The notes beneath the pieces are model-generated. The model had not been told where the DNA came from. It searched no databases and saw only the letters and a list, made by a program, of their open reading frames with translations. A stretch of 64,000 nt of DNA from an uncultured candidate division WWE3 bacterium. Lineage in GTDB: Bacteria > Patescibacteriota > WWE3 > UBA101185 > UBA10185. The stretch covers positions 128,792 to 192,791 of the forward strand of contig CAVXUZ010000004.1 in NCBI GenBank assembly GCA_963765125.1. Direction: 5' to 3'. The position numbers and the translations under genes were made by a program. Positions 56,160 to 64,000 of this stretch are shown piece after piece; position 1 is the stretch's first letter, and each line of letters opens with the position of its first letter.

Positions 56160-57167
56160 GTGAACATATTAGCAATCGAAACATCCTGTGATGAAACAGC
56201 TTGCTCAATTGTAAAAGATGGTATTACCGAAATAGCTGGAACTGTTGCCACGTCCGCCGAACTACACTACAAAACGGGCGGTATTGTTCCTGAAGTTGCT
56301 GCGAGAAAGCAAGTAGAGAGTATTACACCTGTTATAGAAGACTGTATCACAAAGTCAGGTTTGAAAATTCCACAAGAAATTGATGCAGTTGCAGTTACTT
56401 ATGGGCCAGGGCTAATAGGCTCCTTAGTGGTGGGCGTAGAGGCTGCAAAAGCACTTTCTTTGGCATGGGGTAAGCCACTTATTCCTGTAAATCATTTAAT
56501 TGGTCATATTTATGGTAATTTTGTTGGTAATGAGGCATACTCTGAGATTAAATTTCCAGCTGTTGTTTTAATTGTTAGCGGAGGGCATACCGACCTGGTT
56601 TTTATGAAGGATCATGGGAAGTACAAATACCTAGGAGGCACGGTTGACGACGCAGCAGGAGAGGCTTTTGATAAAGTCGCGCGACTACTTGGGCTGTCGA
56701 GATATTTAGGTGGTTTAGAGCTGTCTAAACTCGCTTCCACATGTACTTTAAATACACTCCACAACAAACTTCCCAGACCAATGCTTAACCAAGATAACTT
56801 CGACTTTTCTTTTTCGGGGTTGAAAACCGCTGTAAAAAGACTAGTTGACGCGGGTGGTGCACCTACCGAAACGATAGCGTGTGAGTTTGAGGCAGCCGTA
56901 GTTGACGTGCTGACCGAAAAAACTAAACGCGCAGTGTTAGAAACAAAGGCGAAGAGCGTTTTAATTGGAGGAGGCGTGTCGGCAAATACAAGACTGCGCA
57001 CCCAAATGATCTCTACGGCTAACGAATTAGGTGTGGCAGTGCACCTTCCACCTCTAAAATATTGCGGAGACAGCGCGGCATACATTGCTAGTGCTGCATT
57101 TTTTTGTGGTAAGCCTCAGGAGCTAGTAAATATAAAATCCAACCCATCCCTCGGCGTTATGAGCTAG
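56160..57167 (+). CDS. tsaD: tRNA N6-adenosine threonylcarbamoyltransferase TsaD
   Basis: NILAIETSCDETACSIV and the Kae1/TsaD core are present. Confidence 0.9.
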   Translation: MNILAIETSCDETACSIVKDGITEIAGTVATSAELHYKTGGIVPEVAARKQVESITPVIEDCITKSGLKIPQEIDAVAVTYGPGLIGSLVVGVEAAKALSLAWGKPLIPVNHLIGHIYGNFVGNEAYSEIKFPAVVLIVSGGHTDLVFMKDHGKYKYLGGTVDDAAGEAFDKVARLLGLSRYLGGLELSKLASTCTLNTLHNKLPRPMLNQDNFDFSFSGLKTAVKRLVDAGGAPTETIACEFEAAVVDVLTEKTKRAVLETKAKSVLIGGGVSANTRLRTQMISTANELGVAVHLPPLKYCGDSAAYIASAAFFCGKPQELVNIKSNPSLGVMS

Positions 57168-57273
57168 TTTTCCCACATTTGTCCACAAAACCGCGTGTCA
57201 TAAACACCTGTTGTTGTGCCACTTACGTGTTATCTATTGACACAGGCACCTATATTGTGGAAAACTTGTAGAT

Positions 57274-57834
57274 ATGCACAGGTATCCTTACCTCACAGGC
57301 GTTTCTAAACTTAACGACTTTTTCGACGTTATAAGAGCTGTTGAAATACCCAAGAAAATCACATATAGGTACCTTGCCGCTATTGGTTTTTCTAGTTCAA
57401 ACGACAGGGAGTTTCTTCCTTTCTTAAGAATGTTAGGTTTTATTGACAGCGCGGGGGTTCCAACCAGCGAGTACGCGGGGTTAAAGGGTCTTCAAGAAAG
57501 ACCCGCAGTGTTAAGAGCCGCATTGCTGCACGCGTACGACGAATTATTTCAAGCAAATCCACAAGCAACTAATGTGCCAGAAAATGTGCTAATTGATTTT
57601 TTTGGGAAGCAAACCGGAGGTTCGATGGCAGAGGTTATGGTATACACAACTACTTTTAAAGCTTTGACGTCGCTTGCAGACTTTTCAAAAGAAAATGTTT
57701 TACAAAGCAAGCCAACAAGTAACACCATTTCTGCAGCAGTTAATCTGAACATTAACCTACCAACAACAACTGATGAGAGGGTATATGAGAGTCTTTTTAA
57801 ATACCTAAAAGATTTTCTAACTCCGAGACAGTAA
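57274..57834 (+). CDS. Hypothetical protein
   Basis: The 186-aa ORF is preceded by DnaA-box-like motifs and overlaps the proS 3' end by 38 nt. Confidence 0.4.
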   Translation: MHRYPYLTGVSKLNDFFDVIRAVEIPKKITYRYLAAIGFSSSNDREFLPFLRMLGFIDSAGVPTSEYAGLKGLQERPAVLRAALLHAYDELFQANPQATNVPENVLIDFFGKQTGGSMAEVMVYTTTFKALTSLADFSKENVLQSKPTSNTISAAVNLNINLPTTTDERVYESLFKYLKDFLTPRQ

Positions 57835-59047
57835 TCAACTTTGCATCTTTCTCGTTACGTTTCTTAAGCTCTATTTTTTCTCCAGACTTTTCTGAAATAA
57901 CAGCGCGATATGGACATCCAATAAGGTCAGCGTCGGCAAACTTTTCGCCTGCGCTTACGGCTATGCGATCGTCGATTAAAACCTCAATGTTGTTAGCAAC
58001 TAGTTTTTTGTACAGCGTCTTTACGCGTGTGCAAACATCGCCGTTTTCTGGGTTTAACACCGTAATATGCAGTTTATAAGGTGCAATAGTTTCTGGCCAG
58101 AGAATTCCTTTACCGTCGTTATAAAGCTCAACTATGGTAGCCATTACACGCGCAGGTCCGATGCCGTAAGCCCCCATAATAACCGGTTTTTCGTTACCAT
58201 CTTCGTCCGTGAATTTTAACCCCAGTGGTTCTGAGAACTTTGTACCTTGTTTAAATATGTTGCCCACCTCGACGCCCTTAACCTCTTCTAACGAGCCCTT
58301 ATCTAGTCCAAGGTCTTTGATGACCTCGTCTGTGTAAACCTCGTTATTGATAGCAATTTTCTTTTTGCGATCGAGATAGATTGTATCTTCGCCAGCCTCA
58401 ACAACGGTTTGAAATTCGTGGCTATATTTACTAAAACTACCGCCGCTCGCAAAGGTTAAAAATGTTTGTTTTCCAATCCCGAGACGCTCAAAAATCTTAA
58501 AATATGCACCCTTAACTTCCTCATAAAACTCATCTAAGTCACTTTGATTTTTGGTGAAGGAGTAGAGGTCTTTCATCAAAAACTCCCTTGTGCGTAACAA
58601 ACCAGACTTGGCGCGCAACTCATTTCTAAATTTTGTTTGAAATTGGTAAACGTAAAGCGGAAGGTCTTTGTAAGATTTAACGTATTTTGATAACAAATTA
58701 GCCAACGGCTCCTCGTGTGTAGGCGCAAGCCCAAGCTCGGTACCGCTACCAAGCTTTGTCTTAAACCAGACGTCTACAGCCTCATCATCCCATCTTCCAG
58801 ACGCACTCCAAATCTCTTTACTCTGAAGCGCCGATAAATAAAGCTCTTGCCCGCCGACGTTGTTTATTTCTTCTCTAATAACTTGCACTATTTTGTTTAG
58901 TACTCTAAGCCCTAACGGCAAAAAGACATAAACCCCAGCCATTTCTTTTTGTACGAAGCCACCTTGAATTAGAAGCTTAGCGTTTATGCTTTCTTCGTCT
59001 TTCGGAGGCTGTTTTGTTGTTCTACCAAACATTTTAGAATAACGCAT
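57797..59047 (-). CDS. proS: Prolyl-tRNA synthetase (short form without an editing domain)
   Basis: The class II ProRS N-terminus is LLIQGGFVQKEMAGVYVFLPLGLRVLNKI. The C-terminal anticodon-binding domain is present. Confidence 0.85.
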   Translation of the reverse strand: MRYSKMFGRTTKQPPKDEESINAKLLIQGGFVQKEMAGVYVFLPLGLRVLNKIVQVIREEINNVGGQELYLSALQSKEIWSASGRWDDEAVDVWFKTKLGSGTELGLAPTHEEPLANLLSKYVKSYKDLPLYVYQFQTKFRNELRAKSGLLRTREFLMKDLYSFTKNQSDLDEFYEEVKGAYFKIFERLGIGKQTFLTFASGGSFSKYSHEFQTVVEAGEDTIYLDRKKKIAINNEVYTDEVIKDLGLDKGSLEEVKGVEVGNIFKQGTKFSEPLGLKFTDEDGNEKPVIMGAYGIGPARVMATIVELYNDGKGILWPETIAPYKLHITVLNPENGDVCTRVKTLYKKLVANNIEVLIDDRIAVSAGEKFADADLIGCPYRAVISEKSGEKIELKKRNEKDAKLITVSELENLLGI

Positions 59048-59139
59048 GTTAGTGTTTTAATTTGTAACTACATAATAAATCCCATCCTATAAAAGGTCTA
59101 CAGATAAAAAATATGTTAATAAAATATGTGCGTGATATA

Positions 59140-59325
59140 ATCCTCATATAAAGACGCCAGTACTCGGAATTTGTCACCGTGTACGCTCCTAAAGAGCGCG
59201 TTGCAGGAAGAAAGACTTATGTTAAGTAGACCCCGCCGGGTAAGCCCGTCACAGCAGTAAGAGTAAAAGTATCAGGTGGCACCGTCCGTAATGGACCCTG
59301 GCGATAAGCTGGGGTTTTTGTTTTT
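59140..59325 (+). promoter_or_regulatory. Candidate T-box riboswitch leader of valS
   Basis: A T-box-like core ATCAGGTGGCACCG lies at 59271-59284. A terminator CCCTGG-CGATAAG-CTGGGG plus TTTTTGTTTTT follows at 59296-59325. Stem-I-like AGTA and AGAGCG elements precede it, and a candidate Val specifier GTT-A lies at 59221-59224. A TATAAT at 59127-59132 sits upstream. Confidence 0.4.
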
Positions 59326-59335
59326 ATAAATACAA

Positions 59336-61655
59336 ATGATCGAAGAAAAAAAAGACTACATTGAATCTAATATGGCTAAAAAATATGTTCCTACTGAGGT
59401 TGAGCCCAGAATCTATAAAATGTGGGAAGACTCAGGTTTTTTCAAAGCTAAAATAGACCCGAAAAAGAAACCATACACAATAATTCTTCCTCCCCCTAAT
59501 TCAAATGGAAAGCTTCATGTTGGTCACGCGCTGATGCTGGCAATAGAAGATTTACTAATTAGATGGAAAAGAATGCAAGGATTCTCAGCTCTATGGCTAC
59601 CCGGAACCGATCATGCAGGATTTGAAACACAAGTAGTTTACGAAAAAGAATTAGAAAAAGAAGGAAAATCGCGTATGGATTTTGATCGCGATACGCTCTA
59701 CAAAAGAATTTTTAATTTTGTTAAGGAACAGGGTGCAGTAATTCTCGATCAGACAAAAGCTTTAGGTCCAAGTCTCGACTGGTCGCGTTATACATTTACA
59801 CTCGACGAGCACGTAATCGATACCGTGTACAACACATTCGAAAAAATGGCAAAAGAAGGTTTAGTTTATAGAAACGACTACATTGTAAATTACTGCACGA
59901 GACATAACACAACTCTTTCTGACCTCGAGCTTGATTACAAAGATCAGAAAACCAAGCTCTACTACATTAAATATTATCTTGTAGACAAGAGCAAAAGATG
60001 AGCCAGAATATGTTGTTGTAGCAACCACAAGGCCAGAACCAATCTTTGCTGATACCCACCTTGCTGTAAATCCAAAAGACAAAAAGAACAAATGGCTTGT
60101 AGGTAGAAAACTTTTAAATCCTCTAACCTCAGCAGAGATGGAAGTAATTGAAGACTCATTTGTTGACCCCAAGTTTGGAACAGGAATTGTTAAGATGACC
60201 CCCGCCCACGACAAGACCGACTTTGAAGTCGCAGTAAAACATAAGTTACCGATAATTTCTGCGTTCGGTACAGACGGAAAAATAAACGATAGGGGAGGAG
60301 AGCTCGCAGGACTTTATGTAACAAAGGCGAGAATAAAAGCCGAGGAGATTTTAAAAGAAAAAGGTCTTATAGAAAAAATTGATGAGAACTATGAAAACAG
60401 CATTGCGATTTGTTACAAGTGCGGAACAGTAATTGAACCAATCGTTCTTCCAAACTGGTTTGTAAAAGTAGAGTCATTAAAAAAAGCTGCACACGACGCC
60501 GTAAAAAAAGGTCATGTAAAAATTTATCCAAAATGGCAAGAAATAAAATATCACCGATGGATGGAAGAAATGCGCGATTGGCCTATTTCAAGACAGATTA
60601 TCTGGGGTATTCAGCTTCCTGTTTGGTATGACGTTAAAGCAACACCTAATATTCAAGCAACCTTTATCGCAAATGATGGACAAAGAGTGTCCGGAAAGGT
60701 TGGTGAGCTGTTAGCAAATCACCAACTAGAAGAAATTGAAAAAGGACTTCAGACGTTAATCGCACCCAAAGATGCAAAATATGTAATTTCAAAAGAAAAA
60801 CCTGCAAAAGGAGAATTTTTACGAGAAACCGATACATTTGATACTTGGTACAGCAGCGGGCATTGGCCGCTAGTTACGCTTAACTACCCAAAAAGCGAAG
60901 ATTTTAAATATTTTTATCCCACGTCAGTATTAGAGACGGGTTGGGAAATTTTAAGGTTTTGGGTAAGCAGAATGATTATGTTTGGTATTTACCTTACAGG
61001 AAAACCGCCGTTTAGCGAGGTTTACTTGCATGGGCTAGTTCGCGCCGAAGACGGTAAGAAAATGAGCAAAAGCTTAGGTAATCAAGTAGACCCAATCGAC
61101 ATGGTTAAAGAATACGGTGCCGACGCACTAAGGCTCGGTTTGATTTCAGGCACCTACAATGGAAAGGATTTTGCTTTTCCAAAAGACAAGGTAATCGCGT
61201 TTCGAAACTTTTCAAACAAGTTGTGGAATATGGCCAGGTTTATCGACATTATGGTTACTAAACACACTAGTGAGGGTGGTTACGAAAATGAAAATCATCA
61301 ACCCAAAATAAAACCGCTTGATGAAGTAAAACATAATTTAAATGACGAAGATAAAACGCTGCTTTCTGATTTAGATAGACTAATAAAAGAGACTGATGCA
61401 AATCTTGAAAAATATAGGTTTGCAGATGCCGCAGAAAATTTGTATCACTTTGTATGGGAAAGACTCGCAAGCCAGTACATCGAAAGTGTAAAAGCACGCA
61501 CCGACCAGGGAGTCGCTCTGTCTGTATTAATTCACGTATTTAAAACATCATTAAAACTGCTTCACCCATTTATGCCGTTTGTAACAGAAGAGATCTGGAC
61601 AAATATGAAAGATGAGAACGAAGTCGCGCTGATTGTTACCGAGTGGCCAAAGTAA
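59336..61655 (+). CDS. valS: Valyl-tRNA synthetase, split into two ORFs (59336..60001 and the continuation from ~59985) by a single-base frame change in an A4 run at 59993-59996
   Basis: HIGH-region PPPNSNGKLHVGHA is in the first ORF and KMSKS (KKMSKSLGN) in the second. Removing one A from 59993-59996 yields a continuous YYLVDKSKDEPEYVVVATTRPEPIFADTHLAVNPKD, as in intact ValRS. Confidence 0.85.
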
Positions 61656-61668
61656 CCTAGTAAACGAA

Positions 61669-61700
61669 ACGACCTGTAAACACAGGTCGTAGTTTTTTTA
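61669..61700 (+). terminator. Rho-independent terminator after valS (ACGACCTGT-AAAC-ACAGGTCGT followed by AGTTTTTTT)
   Basis: A perfect 9-bp stem with a tetraloop and a U-tract. It may also serve the convergent rplY. Confidence 0.7.
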
Positions 61701-61720
61701 CAATAATAAATTGTTGGTTG

Positions 61721-62395
61721 TTATTTCTCTTCTTCTTTTTCGCCCTCTTCACCCTCTACCTCAGGTTTTTCAGCCAAAGCTTCTATACCGGCGATAGCAG
61801 CAGCCTCATCAACCACTTCGGGCTCTTCTTCTTCGAGCATTTGTGCGTAATCAAGCTTTGCGATTACCTCATCTTCTTCAAGATCGGTAATTTCAACCTT
61901 TGCGCGATCAAAAACCAAATCTTTAGTTGTTATAACCGCGTCCATATCTACAAGCTTCAGGGCGTCTACCTCAAATTTATCTGGTAGATCTGTTGGAAGA
62001 GCTTCAACCTCAATTTCGTGTACTAATGTTAAAACAAGAGCCTCACCGCTTTTAACAAGCTCATTTTCTTCTTCATTTATAATTTCAACAGGAATGTTTG
62101 CGTTAATTTTTTCTAAAAGGTTAACCTCGTAAAAACCTACGTGAATTGGTGCGCCTGTAATGTGGTGAACCTGCACGTCTTTAACAAGAACTGGGTGAGA
62201 GGCGCCGTCAATTACCAAATCAATGACTGATGTTTCTCCGGCTTCGCTAAATACTTTTGCGAAATCTAAGCTATTAACAGAAATAGATATAGATTCTTTT
62301 CCTTTGCCAAAAATAGCAGAAGGTAGCTGTCTATCGTTTCGTAAGTATTTTACTTTCTTACCTAATAATTCTCTTTTTTGTCCAATAAGTTGCAT
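61721..62395 (-). CDS. rplY: 50S ribosomal protein L25 / general stress protein Ctc form with an acidic tail
   Basis: MQLIGQKRELLGKKVKYLRNDRQLPSAIFGKGKESISI is the L25 N-domain, followed by a Ctc-type C-domain and a Glu-rich tail. Confidence 0.8.
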   Translation of the reverse strand: MQLIGQKRELLGKKVKYLRNDRQLPSAIFGKGKESISISVNSLDFAKVFSEAGETSVIDLVIDGASHPVLVKDVQVHHITGAPIHVGFYEVNLLEKINANIPVEIINEEENELVKSGEALVLTLVHEIEVEALPTDLPDKFEVDALKLVDMDAVITTKDLVFDRAKVEITDLEEDEVIAKLDYAQMLEEEEPEVVDEAAAIAGIEALAEKPEVEGEEGEKEEEK

Positions 62396-62694
62396 AAGCC
62401 TTTTTTCTTAATTTCTTTGTGTAAATCCAACAGTTCGTCCGTTGTTACACTTTTTAAGTTCATAAACTTTTTAAATTCAGTTACGTTAAGATCAGATATT
62501 AACGGTGTTACACCACTTCCTGAAGAGGAAATTGTAACAACACTTTCAGCCTCGCACTTTGAACACACAGCATAAGCTATGAGCGCAATAGGCGCGTCGG
62601 TAACCGTTTCCAGCCTTGCTGATTCTAGGCTGCTACCGCATTTATAACAGTAGTTCTTTTGTAAATACTCTTTGATGAGTTTGTTTTCTAGCAT
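62362..62694 (-). CDS. Zinc-ribbon hypothetical protein
   Basis: CYKCGS...CSKCEA. It overlaps the rplY start by 34 nt, so its start is uncertain. Confidence 0.35.
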   Translation of the reverse strand: MLENKLIKEYLQKNYCYKCGSSLESARLETVTDAPIALIAYAVCSKCEAESVVTISSSGSGVTPLISDLNVTEFKKFMNLKSVTTDELLDLHKEIKKKGLCNLLDKKENY

Positions 62695-62766
62695 GACAAT
62701 AGCCGTTTACCACGCAAAGTATGGAAACGTTGCAATTCTACTGTAATACTGCATCCAAATCAAGCT

Positions 62767-63960
62767 TTATTGTGCTGTATCACCGGTGGCGTCTGTTTCA
62801 GGGGTTGTTTGTTGTTCTGGCTCTGTTTCAGCCGCTTGTGTGGTTTCTAATGGTTTTAGTGTGTCTTCTAGGTTTACGTCAAAAACCCTACTTCCGCTCA
62901 AAACAAACATTTTTGTTTCGTCTGTGTTAACCCCAATACTTTTAATGTTTGACCACTCACTTTCATTTTCAGTTTTTATTTGTCTAACAAAGTTTCCATC
63001 AGTGTCTATAACTACGATGCGGTTGTTTCCTGAATCGGCAATATAGATATTATCGTAATTCACATCTGCAACAATTTTTGTTGGGTTGCTTAGAGGCTTA
63101 TCAATTACTTTTATAGCAAACGAAGTTTCTTCTCCCTGTGTATAGGCCTTAACATTTCCATCCGACATAATTGTGTAAACACTGTAGGCTATGTCCATCG
63201 AGACAACTTTTGAAAAACTCTCATCTTCTCCCCAAACAGACTCGGTCAGAGTGTCGTCGGCCTTAACATATTTTGTTAGTTTTGATCCTGAGATTGAGTA
63301 GATGTTTCCAAGATAAACGTTGTAAATACCAAAAGTTCCCGCAAATTCTTGAGAAATCTCGTTAGTTACTAAGTCGTATATTTTAAAATTAGTGCTATCA
63401 ACAAAATTTAGCTTACTGTCGTAGTTGATAATGCCTTTAATTCCTACAAATGTCGTCTCAAGCGCTGTAAATTTTGGTGTGGTTAAAGACGAGGTATAAA
63501 TTTTACCTGAGGTGGGGTCTGTAACAACAACAGTACTATTAAAGACCGCTATTTCTGTTGGATTCGCGTTTTCATCTGCTAGTTTAATGTCATAAAAAGG
63601 CTGTGCAGAAACCCGCGAAACTTTATTTGTAATGTCTTGTTCTTTATTTACTGTTGGTTTTGGTGTTTCTCCTAACGGAGTTTCTCCTTTGTCGAGTTCT
63701 TTAGGTACGGTTAAAGTAGAAGACGCGCCGTCCTTGTCATTTTGAGCATTTTGATTGGTGTTGTTTTTATAAAGTACAGTCCCGACAATTGAAAGTAATA
63801 ATAGTACAAAAATAACAACCATCGCTGTTTTACCATTTAAACGAATTTTTGGTTTTCGGTCAGATTTAATCTTTAAGTTAACTGGTTCCTGAGGTCTTTG
63901 TATTTCGGGTTGGTAATTTTCTTGCTTGATTGGTGTAGGTGAGGGTGTGGGCGCAGACAC
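62767..63960 (-). CDS. Membrane-anchored NHL-repeat (beta-propeller) protein with a Pro/Thr/Gln-rich N-terminal region
   Basis: NHL-like YIADSGNNRIVVIDTDGNFV is present. The TM lies near residue 50 and the C-terminus is Thr/Glu-rich. Confidence 0.5.
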   Translation of the reverse strand: MSAPTPSPTPIKQENYQPEIQRPQEPVNLKIKSDRKPKIRLNGKTAMVVIFVLLLLSIVGTVLYKNNTNQNAQNDKDGASSTLTVPKELDKGETPLGETPKPTVNKEQDITNKVSRVSAQPFYDIKLADENANPTEIAVFNSTVVVTDPTSGKIYTSSLTTPKFTALETTFVGIKGIINYDSKLNFVDSTNFKIYDLVTNEISQEFAGTFGIYNVYLGNIYSISGSKLTKYVKADDTLTESVWGEDESFSKVVSMDIAYSVYTIMSDGNVKAYTQGEETSFAIKVIDKPLSNPTKIVADVNYDNIYIADSGNNRIVVIDTDGNFVRQIKTENESEWSNIKSIGVNTDETKMFVLSGSRVFDVNLEDTLKPLETTQAAETEPEQQTTPETDATGDTAQ

Positions 63961-64000
63961 GTCGTCGCTCAGACTCGTAATTGGTTGTACTTTTTGTTCC

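Noticed and set aside
59990-60001. Programmed +1 ribosomal frameshift in valS
   Set aside because: The AAA-A slip geometry exists but AGA is not a rare codon in this AT-rich genome, and there is no obvious stimulatory SD-like element. A homopolymer indel error is more parsimonious, so this is kept only as an alternative.
60138-60140. The ORF-track start (MEVIEDS) of the second valS segment
   Set aside because: ValRS homology (DEPEYVVVATTRPE...) continues upstream from about 59985 in this frame, so the Met at 60138 is an internal residue, not a start.

Overview
This is a low-GC (~36%), gene-dense bacterial segment with many GTG/TTG starts, overlapping genes and little Shine-Dalgarno signal. 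By inference it is a reduced-genome lineage, possibly Patescibacteria/CPR-like. The window holds many core translation and replication genes. They include alaS (partial), tRNA-Cys, metG, proS, valS (with a frame change), lepA, rpsT, rplY, tsaD, rsmA, dnaA with a flanking oriC, ruvX, two UvrD-family helicases, rmuC, adk, and hrcA-grpE-dnaK. There is also a glycolytic cluster: gap, a small ferredoxin, a truncated AOR-family protein, and tpiA. Monoderm-type cell-envelope genes are well represented: MurJ, MurT/GatD, tandem FemAB-like transferases, an LCP protein, a sortase, two O-antigen-ligase-family proteins, WecA-like and GT2 glycosyltransferases, a UbiA-family enzyme, and 3D-domain and PEGA/SH3b proteins. 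Type IV pilus inner-membrane genes pilN/pilO and a TraD/VirD4-like coupling ATPase next to an FtsA/PilM-like actin-family protein are also present. The most unusual stretch is a ~1 kb GC-enriched intergenic region at 13.38-14.40 kb. It carries two paralogous promoter/5'-leader modules driving four tiny ORFs (11-25 aa) with strong SD sequences, each module closed by related terminator hairpins. No CRISPR array, rRNA or transposase was seen.
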